From positions 141,193-205,192 of the forward strand of contig NW_003314429.1 of the NCBI RefSeq assembly GCF_000143415.4: a DNA stretch of 64,000 nt, in the 5' to 3' direction. The stretch is from Selaginella moellendorffii (lineage: Eukaryota > Plantae > Lycopodiophyta). Position numbers and translations under genes: made by a program. Under the pieces are notes generated by a model. That model made no database searches, had not been told where the DNA came from, and saw only the letters and a list, made by a program, of their open reading frames with translations. Positions 11,072-24,057 of this stretch are shown here, piece by piece. Position 1 is the first letter of the stretch, and each line of letters begins with the position of its first letter.

Positions 11072-11944
11072 ATGGGGCGCAAGGATTTGGCGGAGCCTGG
11101 CACCGGATGGAAGCCCTTCCCGCCGCGTTTTGGGGAATGGATTGTGAACGTCGACAAGGTGAGGTCACACCTTGGTTTGAAGCATTCTTCTTCGTGGGTG
11201 AAGAAGCCTTTTGCGAGAATAGCAAAAGCTTGGTTGGGTTTGTCCGATTGGGATTTTGCTGTTGAGGAAGCTGCAGAGATTCTGGGAAGGGATGACCAGG
11301 GCAACAAGGCCGTCCTTATTGGGGAGGGCTTGTGTTGCCTCACAGTCGCAGAAGAAGAAGAAGTTCCCTCCACCAAGATTTACAAGGCTGGAGACAAGAT
11401 CAGGCTTGTGTTTCCTTTCCTCAAGGAAGGAAGGAAGGAGGTGGAGGGGATCATCCTTTCACCCGCGTGCACCGAGGGCCCAGGGACGATGGTGGCAGAC
11501 ATGGCGGTCAAGGCTTTCCCATCTTACTGCGTGGGGTTTGGAGATTGGGAGCCCAAGTTGTATCGGTCCACGCGGCTGGAGGTCAACACCCTCCAGGTTC
11601 TACTCCACTGCAATATGAGGGATGAGGTTGTGGCGAGGCTCGGCTACCCGGACAATGATCGTGTGAAGGCGTGGCCGGTGGATGTGAACGCTCCTGCCTC
11701 GCATGGAGATGCTGTTATCGCGTTCTCCTGCAACGAGTTTGGGCTGAGTGGCACCAGCCTTGCAATTGGGTCGCAAGGCACGTATACCACTTTCCCCTGG
11801 TTCGGGGCCATCCATGACAGGCTTCAGATACTCCAGGTGCCTGAGACTAGGGAGGCGTTGAAGGCATCTGGTTATCCGATCCCAGCAGAGTACGAAGGGA
11901 CCACATGGCGAGAGCCAGAAGTATTTGGTTTTGATAGTGACTAA
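11072..11944 (+). CDS. Intronless 290-aa protein of unknown function
   Basis: ATG-initiated, GC-richer than its flanks, globular-looking composition, AATAAA at ~11980. No family recognised. Confidence 0.65.
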   Translation: MGRKDLAEPGTGWKPFPPRFGEWIVNVDKVRSHLGLKHSSSWVKKPFARIAKAWLGLSDWDFAVEEAAEILGRDDQGNKAVLIGEGLCCLTVAEEEEVPSTKIYKAGDKIRLVFPFLKEGRKEVEGIILSPACTEGPGTMVADMAVKAFPSYCVGFGDWEPKLYRSTRLEVNTLQVLLHCNMRDEVVARLGYPDNDRVKAWPVDVNAPASHGDAVIAFSCNEFGLSGTSLAIGSQGTYTTFPWFGAIHDRLQILQVPETREALKASGYPIPAEYEGTTWREPEVFGFDSD

Positions 11945-14249
11945 ATCACACTAGGGGGTATGTGCATTCCTGGTTTTTACAATAAAGAATTAATTTTTAT
12001 GTACTTGGCGGGGAGCTGGCGGAGAAGCAGTGGCGGTTTCAACAGCAGCAGGATCAAGGTGTTAAGTTGCCAACAATTTCTCGGCAGGCACAAGACCAGG
12101 AGCTCTTGGGAGGAGCCTTCTTAGGTGGCGGAGCTTGTCAAGGTTCGCGGCAGCAAGTATCCAGGACTGCCAGATGTCCTTTCGTTCTTGTCATGTTGGT
12201 TGTGTTGTTTGAGCGGGTCAAGCTCACCATTCCCGGACGATCCGAGCATCACTGCCCACATAGCATGGGATTGATCGGTAGGTTTTTTCCTTCGCTTGGT
12301 AATCATCTCCGAATCGAAGCGTGGTTTTTCTCAATTGCAAACCTGGTGAGGACGACAATCCTTTTTTCCCCGCTGGCGTGTTTGCGTCCGGGAGTTTGCA
12401 CCACATCTGGTGGTAGCTTTTTGCGTGTGTCCTCTATGGGTCCTCTCTCTGTCCATGAATTGCACAAGATCCTGCAAGTTTTCCGAGTCTCTAAAAAAAC
12501 GTTTAAGTGGTGAATACTACCATATGCATCTTCTGGTGAATGGCGGGCAAGGACACAGTGAGGATAACCTTCGTCTTCTGGCAGGTATTCATGACGTGCA
12601 AACCTTCTTTCCTCATTGTAGATCTAAAACCAACAGCAAAGAGTGACGCCACAAATGATATCAAACATCAAACACCGATTGAGTGTTGTCTTAGTTCAGC
12701 CATTGAGGTGGATTAACCTGCTAATCTCCCACCATTCCCAAAATTAAGAGAAAATCCTTGAGAGGCGTTGCAGGCAGCTGGTTATCCAATCCCAGCAGAG
12801 TACGCTGAGAGGTTTTTGACCTCCTCAATAACCCATATTAGAATGTATATAAACAATACTGTAGCTTAAATTAATTTTCTATTTCTTTAACAGAAATTAC
12901 TATTATTAATATTATGGTTTGTTTGATCCGAGGGAGTTGGCTGAGAAGTGGCAGAACGATGCAGAAGAAGGAAGACCCCTGCTGGGCGGCTAGAGCAAGG
13001 TAGTCTCGGTTTTGCGTTATGAATTGCTTGCTTTGCTCCAGCAGAATGTCAAAAGCGTGGAGATTGAATATGTTCTAGACATATCTCCCTTCGGGCCATG
13101 GATTTGTGGAGTTCCAGCGGATTTTTGACAAATTCAATCGTCTAGAGGAAGAGGCAGGGACTTCCATTTTTAGAAGCTACAATTTTTGTGTTGCATTGGA
13201 TGAGATGATCTGCATTTCTCGGAACTCATAGGTAGTTTTTTCTCGGCTCTGAAATTATGCATGTCTCTGCAGGGAAAGCGGAAAAGTTGCCATTTCATTT
13301 GCTTCGACGGGAATTCCAAATACTCTACTGCCTGAAACATGCAAGGTTTGTGGACGTTTTCCTGCTTCATTCGCTTTCCTTTTGAGTACTTCACAGGTTT
13401 GAAGAGTAGCAGCAGAAAAGCAACATGGTTGCTGCGGTAAATGAAAGAAACTTACATGTTTTTTTGCGAATTGCCTAAGCTTTTACATACGTTTCCGAAG
13501 AAACGAAAGCGCAGGCCGAGAAAGATTCTCGCACAAAGAAAGTCGACTTCAAGTTTTGATGGAAATAGAAACTTATAAAAAATGGTTTTGGGAAGATATG
13601 GAGCTCCTCTGTTGCATAGCCCTTTGTTTCTTTCCAGGCCAACGAACCAAAGCCACCTGCTGAACTGACCGTGAACATTGTGCTGCATTTTGGAGAACTA
13701 CCTCCCAGGGCCTTGCAGCCATACACTGGCTTGGAGTTCATGATCCCTTTCTCAATCGAGGTTCCAGCTCCAGCTCCGGCTCCAGTCCCAAAGGAGGGTG
13801 TGGTACCGGTAAAGTGCCTAACTAAGCATTAGAGTACGTACGCAACTCGGACATTGATAGTGAGCAAACTGTGCAAGGATTGAAGCTTGCATGAAGTCCA
13901 GCGGCGGAGTATCAGCTTCACGACCCCAAAGAAGGTACTTGCCAGTTTCTTCTCGCTTTTGTGGTACTCGACTATTCCAGATGAGCTACTGGAGCTCCAA
14001 AACCAACCGAGAATTCTTAGTGCCAATTGCTTGGCAGTGTCTTGAGTTGCCAACAGTCACCGGCAAGGGAAAAAAAACTGAGAAAAGTGAGCCTCTAGCT
14101 GTAAACTCCCCAAGATTGGACTCCCGATACAACTGGAAGAATTCATATGGAAGTTTATGAGTGTCAAAAATCATAGATCATAAAGCTTACGAGTACGTTT
14201 TATATACTTTACAAAGTCTGGCTCGTTCTCTAATCCTTGTAATGTCTCC

Positions 14250-14406
14250 AGGACCCCAGCCGGTAATGAAACTCCCAATGCAATCAACCTTCAAAAGGCA
14301 AAACGTAGCGAACCAGATATCAGGCTATATCAGGACTCCAGCCGGTAATGAAACTCCCAATGCAATCAACCTTCAAAAGGCAAAACGTAGCGAACCAGAT
14401 ATCAGG
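14250..14406 (+). repeat. ~80-bp tandem duplication specific to copy A
   Basis: CCAGCCGGTAATGAAACTCCC...GAACCAGATATCAGG occurs twice here and once in B (~51575-51658). Confidence 0.9.
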
Positions 14407-16605
14407 CTGTCATTGACCTTCTTATGTATGTATGCTTACTGTTTTGTCTTTTTACAGGTTTTAAAGGAAAAGAAAGAAAGTGCTCAAGCAGAAATTTTTG
14501 TGGGAAATACTGGGGGTTGGCAAAAAGAGAGCCAAGTCAACGCAGTTGACTAAAGAATATTCTGTTACACTTAAAGAGTACTTTTTGAATATGCTAAGAA
14601 TATCCTTTTATAATGAAAATATTTCCTCATTATAATTATACTACAACTATAATTTATATTGTATATTATTTAATATCAGATATATTATTATAACTACAAT
14701 AATTTATATCTCAAATCTATACATATAGAAGAACTAATTTGCTTTCTTCTTCTCTCTCACCTTTTTTGTTTTTCTCTTTTCTTCTCTCATGCATGATTAT
14801 CAATGAGTTTTGATATGAAAGCTAACTTTTACTTAATGTGCATGTTATAATGTTTTGGATGCCTCTTCATAAACTTAGTTACAACCTTCATGTGGGGTGG
14901 CATATCATCAGGAACTTTCTTCATAATAATACACTAAATTATTGCATAATGCCAAGATCACAATCTAATCCAAAAGCATTATGACTATTGTGTCAAGCAA
15001 CAAATAAAAAGCCTCTATGCCACTAAAGAAATCAAGGATACAACCACCTTCACGGCAAAAGTGTTGCATAACCATGTTTGCTAAAGTTTTTGACTTTTGT
15101 GAAAGAGGTTGCCTATAAAGAATATTAAAAGTATTTTCTTGTTAAAAAAAATGACTTACTAAGTTTTGCATTCAATGTGATCTATGGCAATATTGGCTGA
15201 TTTATATTGGAAGAGAGTTGATGAAAAGTTCAAAAGCAAAGCCACTTTTTCTTTTGCTTTTATTGTCTTGGGGAATAATAACATTGAAATAACTTTGATC
15301 TATACTGCAAAATCAATTATTAATCAGGAAATAAAAGAACTTTAAACATACCTACTTCTTGCCTCTGAAGCCTGTTTGTGACTTTGGTATGTAGTCTTCA
15401 GTTAGGATAAAATGAGCTTGAGAAAACACTTCTGCCATCTCAACTATCTATCCAAAAAGTTAAATACCAACTGAAAGTCCCATAAAATTCTTTTGCAAGA
15501 GTAACACCAGAATAAAACTAAGTTGAATTATTATCATCATATTTCTGGAAAACTTATTTTAAATCCTTCTTCCTAGCTTGGATTTGAAATTCAAGCACTC
15601 ATGCTCATATCCCAATGGGAGAAATTTAGGTAAACTTCTTTATCTGAGGCTTATAGACTTTGCCTTGCAGCAGAGAATGGACATTAGATTCTTCTATCCA
15701 GCCTAACCCTAGTTATAATGCTTAAGAGAAGAAACAACTTATGCCTTTGCTTGAAGATTAACAATAGACAGAAATTTCATTTGTCCCATAGAGTTTACTC
15801 ATTCCTAATAGTAGCTAGCCTTTTGAGCTAGTCTTGGTAAAAAGTAGTATGAAATACTAGAGTGTTCCATCCATTGTAATTGTGGATGAAATCCCTAAAA
15901 TGTACCCAAAGAATGGTAGAACCAGCAATAAGTGCATCCATTTGGAGTGAGAAAACAATAAAATGAAGAGAAATGGAAACTTTAGTATATTGTTCTTTTG
16001 CAAACTTCATATCAGGATTTTTATTTCAGCAGGTATGCAACCCTCTGCTATTCTTGAATAAAGGCTCCCTATAGCCCTAGAAATGTGTGAAACAAAGAAA
16101 AAATTAAGACATTGAATAAGAAAGAAAAGAAGGATTAAATGCACATGTGCGCGCATGCACACACACACACACATATGGCAATCATGATCTTTTGTATATG
16201 CACAATCCTCTTAAGTGCTTTAAAATCAAATTGAAGTTTCAATATCTAAAATCAGTTTGACATGTGGGTTGGTGTTTAGAAGTCTTTATGGTCCGATTAT
16301 AAGCATATTTGAAAATAATATTCTGAAAATGGAAATATATGATGCTGCCAATAGCACTTTTAAATGAAGAAGTACTAAAGAAAAAGCAATATAAATATTT
16401 AACTTTTGTTAAACTAGTAGCAAAACATAATAAAAATAATAATTATAGATATATATTTTAGCATGGAAGGAAGAGTCAAATTGAAAACATGGTTAAATAT
16501 TATACACAAAATCATAAGTAAAAATAATGTTCATTCTTTATTAATAAGAAGTAAGTTTTTCACTAAATCTTATAGAGAACATAAATAATTTAGATGCAAC
16601 AGCAC

Positions 16606-16866
16606 TCTCAAGGGAAATTCACATCCTTTCAAGCTAAGAGAAGCTCAAAGACGAATAAAAAATACTCGTCCATGAGGATCATGAGGTGTCCTCCTAGCTG
16701 TCCCAAGACATATTGTGCTCAAATTGGAGTTCCATGCACCTGAGGAGTATAGCAATGGATCATATCAAATATAAGCTCTTGGAAGATGAGGATAGAATCA
16801 ACAAGGTTTAGTCTTAAGAGGGCATTTCAAACCTCTATAAAAAAGACAGCATGGAAGAGTCATTTA
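16606..16866 (-). pseudogene. Decayed relic of gene X
   Basis: TCAAGGGAAATTCACATCCTTT..AAGAGAAGCTCAAA resembles 6407-6449. TTCAAACCT..GACAGCATGGAAGAG resembles 6842-6895. Confidence 0.55.
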
Positions 16867-19800
16867 CAGAGTCATACTTAGTTTTGTTAGGGTTTAGGGT
16901 TTATTGGCGGCCATTCTCACGATGGAATTCATGGTCAACAAAGTGAGTGACAAGCATGGCTGCTATGCTATCATCTGTACCAACATTCTCCTACTCACTA
17001 GCCATAGATCTTAGGGGTGTTTAGCCTTCCAGGCAGGATACATGGTGGCTTACATCTATTCCAAAGGTAGGCTTATGGGGATCTTTCCCAATGACAATGA
17101 AGTTGCGAGACTGGGAATGTCAACCATGAGCATGTTGTGATCCAAGCTCGACCTTTTTTGCTTGACGGTATGATTTAAAACAAGAAAAAATAGAAGAACT
17201 TCTCGAAACCAATAACCATTCATTTTCAAGTAAGCATTTACGTTTTTCATCTTTCTCTCAGTCGTATCAAATTTTGGATCATCATCTTCCAGTCACTCAT
17301 GCAATAGGACCATTATCCACATCTTTTCTCACCTTCTTAGTGGTAGTATTTCAGCATCACTACCTTCAACCTAACAAGGCTTGAAGGATCCAAGATCCCA
17401 TTTTGCTATGATGGATCAAGAGTCTTGTGTCCAAGGATCATTGCCTTAATTTCTTNNNNNNNNNNNNNNNNNNNNNNNNNNNNNNNNNNNNNNNNNNNNN
17501 NNNNNNNNNNNNNNNNNNNNNNNNNNNNNNNNNNNNNNNNNNNNNNNNNNNNNNNGAAAATGACAGAGTAATTAAATTAGGTTGTTTCATAATAGACTAT
17601 TTATATTATAATTGTGTATGTGAGAATAACATTGTTGGCAACAAAGTGAGTTGTTACACAATATTCATAAATAAATATATAATAATTAAAAATATTTTTT
17701 AAAAATTAATTGAAATTTTTATTACAAAATAGTCGTTCAATAACATAATATAATGTCTCATTCTTGACCTGTTTTAATTTTTGAGGATGCTATGTGTCAT
17801 TAGAAACCCCATAAATTCCATCTATAATAACCAAATATTAAATAAAATTTACAAACCCAAACATATCCCCATTTATAATATCATTAATATAAAATAATTA
17901 TTGAAAAAAAGTATAAATTAAAAAAGTTACAAGAAAAATTACTTATAAAATGACCTATAGGACAATTTTCTTTGCTAGATATATTTTAACTAATTTATTT
18001 ATTTATAAAAGTTTTACAAATAATGTTCAATAATAAATTTATTAAGAAATATAATTATTGGTAGAATATATATATTATATATATAATATATATAACTATT
18101 ATGGTTTAATATAATTTTTTAAAAGTATTCTAGAAAATCTTCAATCATTTTTAAAATGTGTAACACTTATTAACTATAAGGAACATATAATACTCTTATA
18201 CTTACTTTCTTAACACTATATTTAATTTATCTTCCCACTAGCATGAAACTAATTCTATATCTATTAATGTTGGGAAAACTAAGTTTTACATGTTTAATTA
18301 TAAAAATAGAACTGAATATATTTAAATAAAATTCATTGTGAAATTTAGTTTTAATTGATTTCAATTTAGTTTTCCCAGAATTTTACATTTTATATATGAA
18401 ATTAAATGGCACTTTTATACTTTAATTACATTGAAAAATTTACAATTAAAAACTTTTTAATATATTTAGATAAAAAATTTTATGAATAGTTGATTGAACA
18501 AAGTAAATTAATAGTAAATATTTTGTGAATTTTTTTAATTAAATTTACTTTTAGTTATTTTATTAGTATAATTCTTCTTTTGTCAACTATTGGAAAAAAG
18601 ATGAACTAAAAAGTACTTTCTAATTATGTTTTAAATATATTTTATATTTAGTTATTTTTGTAAAATTCTAATTCTTCAAAATCTTAGCTCTAGATCTAAT
18701 AACAATGCAAGTACAATAAGTTAATTATCCTTTTGGAAAAGAACTAAGCTATATTAATTTAAATTATTATATCTTAAAAAATAACAAGTAATTAGCACTT
18801 TCTCTTTTTGACCCAAAATAAATAGAAATTTTAAAACATATTGTCAACATTCCAAGAAGAAGGAAATATGGTTATGAAAAAAAATGAAAAAAGGATAACT
18901 GAATTTATCCTCTATTTTTTATGTGAAAAAAAAGTTTGCACTATATATGATATCAAAGTTAATAGATGGGTTTTATTTGAGAAAAAAAAACTCCCAAGCA
19001 TACATCCAAGAAGTAAAAATATAGGAGCATGAAGTGACAATAAAATAATTCTAAAGCATCTAACATCCCACTAATATATAAACCAAAGTTAAATATAATT
19101 TAGTGCTATTTCAACATACATAATGTAAATATATAAATATTCCACCAACTAATATGGTATGGAGGTTAGGTTTATACCTAAGCTGAATATAAAACAAATA
19201 TAAACATCCCTAACAAGAAGCTAAACAATATTTCTAAACCCGATTTATCCCCTTATATGAAAGCATGCTTTGAGCCCAGTTCTAAGAGTGAGTCTCCAAG
19301 ATAATTATGAAATGTTACTAAATATAGATTGGTGTTAGATTATGAATCTAAAAATAATATCATCATGTTCAAAAAAATCTTTATATTCCATAGATATGCC
19401 TTATGAGTAAATTTAGACACTATCTATAAATATTCAATAGGATTAAAATAAGATTAGCATATAGCAAGAGTCTCTTAGTAGATATAGTAAGTTATTATGT
19501 AGTGATATTAAGGTACTAAAGCTCAATATGCAAGAGTTTTTATCATTAATTAATGAAAGATATAACAAAATAGAAATTCTTTATTAGGTTATGTTTATTT
19601 ACGTAATAACACAAAAAAATTCTATCTATATACTCGTCCAGTTTAAATACACTTGAAATGCCAGTTAACTCCACTAGCACAAAAGGGATTAATAAAGGGT
19701 TTAACATTACCAATCCCCTGCCTAAAGAAGAATATTTGGAATGACTTGTTAACAAAATTTTTTTGATACCCATAATTTTATTTACGACAATTAAAGTTTT

Positions 19801-20870
19801 TAAGATATATGTAAAGAGTTTACAATAGCCTTCAAAAAATATAACAATGAATAAGTAGTCAAGAAAATTTCTCACTAATATGAGAATCTATTTAAAGCAC
19901 TATTGAATTAGATATCACTTATCACAATATAGTCAAAAGGACCTTCAACTATTATAAATATACATTTGTTGTTAGAGAGAGTTACATGTATTTTACCACA
20001 AAAATTATAAAAGTACTTACCCAACAAGATATATCACTAATTGATTGTCATGCTGCTGTATCCTTTAGAGTTGCAAGATCTATTATACTTTTAAGACCAT
20101 AAATTTAAAACGTATATTAATTAATATTAATTATATTAAAGCATATCCAAAAAGTATAGCTTATCAAGCAAACCATCATAATATAAATTCTAGTAATTTC
20201 TCCACAAGATAGATGCTGTGCAAATAATGTGCTATATTATAGTTAAATATATTATCTTTAAGGTTAGTTTATGAAATGATTATTGCAGTTGAGTTGGATT
20301 CAAGTGGTCATTTAGTTCATGCTTATCCATGAACCTTTATCTTATATCTGGGGTATTACATTCATATTGGATAAGTATATGACTCGATGGCATATTTGAG
20401 GTCTATCTGGTATGATTTGTGTTGTGCAATTTTCTAATTTTTCTTTTCCTTTTGCTTTTATGGTGAAGGGTGGACAATTCTCTGCATCATGTAAAAATGT
20501 AAGGCTGTGGTATAAAGCAGAATTATGGGCAGATTGTCCTCCTAGCAAAAAATCAAGTTTCATAATTTTAAATGATCATATCTCAAATGGTAATGGACAA
20601 TTGAAACCTGGGGCTGGTTATTTTTTCTAGATGTAGACTCTTCAGGCTAATAGTAATGGATATCATTTTATCAAATGTAAAACAACAGTAGTAGTACTAC
20701 TGACCCAAAATGAACAACAGGACTTGGAGCATACTGTGAGAATTTTAAGAAGAAAGAAGAGTGGTTAACTATAAATCTTGATGAGTTCATTGAAAATAAT
20801 CAGGGTAAATTAAAGTGGGTGGTTGTATAATTACATAATATTTTAATTTGTTTTTTATGTTTCTAGGAGA

Positions 20871-21143
20871 TTAGATGGTGGTGCATGCCAGAACGTTGGT
20901 GGAGTCTGTCTGCTGGCAGCAAACAGGAGTCCCTCCGCACTCGCTACCCACATTTACCGCACAATTTGCAGCATTGACAGTCACAAGTGTACCAGGAGGT
21001 GCAGCAGGGAAATTCGAGCAGCAGTAAGAAGTGGAATCATTTCCACAAGTTTGGTTGCCCTGTCCCAAGGCAGGATTGAGAAAGAGAGCAGCACTCAGGG
21101 CCAAGAATGTGGCAATAAGCTTAATTGAAGAAGAAGAAGCCAT
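20871..21143 (-). CDS. Hydrophobin-like secreted 8-Cys protein H2-A (90 aa)
   Basis: ATG 21143, signal peptide (IKLIATFLALSAALFLNPALG), then C-x7-CC-x18-C-x7-C-x5-CC-x10-C-x3-stop. Intronless. Confidence 0.85.
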   Translation of the reverse strand: MASSSSIKLIATFLALSAALFLNPALGQGNQTCGNDSTSYCCSNFPAAPPGTLVTVNAANCAVNVGSECGGTPVCCQQTDSTNVLACTTI

Positions 21144-21715
21144 GGTTGTAAGAGCAGCTGAATGAGAATGGGTTTGTCTCTTTGGACGCTTAGAATTTAT
21201 TGAGTTAAGATTGTCCTTCTTCGAGGGTGTAAGTTGTATGATCGTCCTTTTGTTCATTCATGCAATTAACTAGAGATTCCCTAAACCTGATACACACGAA
21301 GCTCATGTGAGAGCTCCTAAAGTGGACCTTATACTGCCAACTTAATTATCTTCCAAGAACATTTGTAACTAATACAGCTAGTTTTGAAGCTTATAGAAAA
21401 GACTCAACTGTCAGTCAAGAAGGCCACATCTACCAAAAAATGTCAACAGGACGCCACAAAGAACTTAACTGGCCTATAGGGGTCAGCAGGACAATGTCTT
21501 TAAATTACAGCTCTGGATTCCGAGAGCTCAAAGCACCATCGAAACACAAGGTAACAATCCCAGCTCCTAGGGGAACCTAGAAAGAACAACCCAACAACTA
21601 TCACCACCCAATCATAGGAGTCTTAATGGAATTTGAAGAGTCAGTGAAGGGAATTCAGCAATTTTGTGGTTTTCTTTTCTCATGGGAACCTCCTTCTGGT
21701 TTTTGTTTAGAGCAT

Positions 21716-23536
21716 TGGAGAAGGGAGAAAAGACAAGTTCGGGGACTCAAGCTTAGGAAAGTAAACTTGAGAGGTTCAAGGTTAGGACTGTATTCCTAAC
21801 CTTGACGTGAGCAGTAGCGACTATAAAAGTAGGACTTAGAATGTTTTTAGATGGATCCCTAATACAAAATACATTGCAATACATCGTCATTCTACCTATC
21901 TCTTCGGCCCTTCACAACAATGACTTACTTACCCACCGCCTTCAAGGGATCAAAGGCGTGGGACTAGCACCTTCAAGCACGTTCATAGTCTCTACTTGGT
22001 TTGGCACAAGCAGGTAAGTGCACTCTTCTTGTAGTGTAGTTTTAGTTTTAGGGACTAGATTAGAATTGAATCTCCTAAGAAGATCTCGTGTGGACGTTTC
22101 CTCCCAGTCCAGAGATTCCAGGAGTTTTCACTGGTGACCACGGTGGGATACGGTGATGTGAAGAGCTCATGGAATAGAGCAGACCAAAACGCTCATTTTC
22201 CCCAAAACTTCAAGGAAAACGGACCAGAGATTCCAGGAGTTTTCACTGGCGACCACGGTGGGATAAGATAATTCAAGCTGAATTGCAAGCACAAGATCCA
22301 GAAACAATCAAAGAACACGACAAACAATCAAACAATCAAGAAACAAGAAGTTTTACCCAAGAGGAGCTGGCACCTGTTCAGCAGAAAGAAAAGTTTCATG
22401 TGGAAGAGCAAGCTGAAGCAAGGTTGAAGCAAAACCTGGTGGAAGATGAACAGCCTGATCAGATTGAGCAACCAGTAGAAGAAGACGAAGACCTACAGTG
22501 GATAAAGGAGTTTCAGACGCAGGAACTTGAGGTGGTGCTTCCGAAGTTTTATGAGCAGACGGAGCAGAAGAAAAATTCAGTGCCAAAGTTTGACGTGGAA
22601 CAAGCAGCAGCTGGTCAAGCTGGCTTGGAGCAGAAAGCTGTTGTGAAGAAGAAAGAAGAAGATGTTAGACAACAAAGAGGTGTAGAAGTTCAGAACCTTG
22701 TGGAGCAGCCATCAAGAGGAGCCGTATACCCAGGCCAAAGTTTGAACTTGAAGGTGGCTGGTGTGAAGTTGGTGAAGAGACGAGGAAGTGTGTTTCTCAG
22801 GTTCTGGTGGGACAGAGGCAAGCTGGTTTCATCCTTTGTAGCTCTGTAGGAGTAGAGGAAGTAAGTAGTAAAGCAGCAAAACTGAAAGCCGTCCAGGAGA
22901 AGTCGTGGCTGTTTCAAGTCGGATGTTTAAAGTTTTGAGAAGAGGTGTTTGTGCAACTGATCTCGGGAAGAAGCTGGTCAAATTCAGATCACAAGACTTT
23001 GAGGAAGCAGCTCAGACTTATGACGAGGAGGAAGAGGAGGAAGAACCGCATGAGGGAACTACCCACGATGCAGCGATGGAGTAGTGACTGCGGGACGCAG
23101 CACAAGGCAGTCGTGGGAGAGTGGAGAAGGGAGAAAAGACAAGTTCGGGGACTCAAGCTTAGGAAAGTAAACTTGAGAGGTTCAAGGTTAGGACTGTATT
23201 CCTAACCTTGACGTGAGCAGTAGCGACTATAAAAGTAGGACTTAGAATGTTTTTAGATGGATCCCTAATACAAAATACATTGCAATACATCGTCTTTCTG
23301 CCTATCTCTTCGACTCTTCACAGCAATGTCTTACTTACCCACCGCCTTCAAGGGATCAAAGGCGTGGGACTAGCACCTTCAAGCACGTTCATAGTCTCTA
23401 CTTGGTTTGGCACAAGCAGGTAAGTGCACTCTTCTTGTAGTGTAGTTTTAGTTTTAGGGACTAGATTAGAATTGAATCTCCTAGGAAGATCTCGTGTGGA
23501 CGTTTCCTCCCAGTCCAGAGATTCCAGGAGTTTTCA
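21716..23536 (+). mobile_element. Non-autonomous LTR retrotransposon (TRIM-like, 1.8 kb)
   Basis: 415-bp TG..CA LTRs at 21716-22130 and 23122-23536, 5-bp TSD AGCAT, PBS TGGTGACCACGGTGGGA (tRNA-Arg-like), short purine tract before the 3' LTR, no RT or integrase. Confidence 0.93.
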
Positions 23537-23652
23537 AGCATGATCTCTAGAAAACGAGTGAAGTGCCAGCCAGCGAGAAATGCAGCTGGACACGAATCAA
23601 CCTCCATTTTTGAGCCTGATATAATAGTATAGTGTTCTATATAATATTAGAC

Positions 23653-23716
23653 ATACATACATACATACATACATATACATATATACATATACATATACAT
23701 ACATACATATATATAT
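23653..23716. repeat. (TACA)n/(TA)n microsatellite
   Basis: Directly visible. Confidence 0.9.
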
Positions 23717-24057
23717 CATTTATATCAATATTATTTAAAATATTTATAAAACACTAATTAAATTTGTCCTATGTTTTAAAACTTTTATCAATGGGAATAA
23801 ACTAGATTTTCCTATTCCATTTAAATTTCTAAAATTCTCTAATGTGGTTAAAGTGAGTGCATGGAATATGGAAAGGGAATACAGAAATGTGCATATCAAT
23901 TAGCCCAAAAACCCTAGCTTATATACAAGAGCGAGTGGTCCGGATTGAAACCAATCCGACGGCTACCAAAATCCACTACGCTAATATTAGTATACGGCAT
24001 CGTAGCCGTACACTTGGCCCTCACATCATCCCCTCCTCTCGGAATAATGGAAGGCCG

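Larger units (their letters stand above)
1..21461 (+). repeat. Segmental duplication unit, copy A (runs off the window start)
   Basis: Colinear and near-identical to 29107-63786 apart from B-specific LTR insertions, one inversion and a divergent patch at ~2224-3108. Homology ends at ...GACGCCACAAAG (21461 vs 63786). Confidence 0.95.

Noticed and set aside
12900-14553. Possible further multi-exon gene
   Set aside because: Some splice-like signals, but I could not assemble a coherent frame or recognise a domain.
14560-20860. AT-rich tract as a decayed DNA transposon or Helitron
   Set aside because: No terminal repeats, TSD or convincing transposase/RepHel motifs found by eye; the short ORFs look random.
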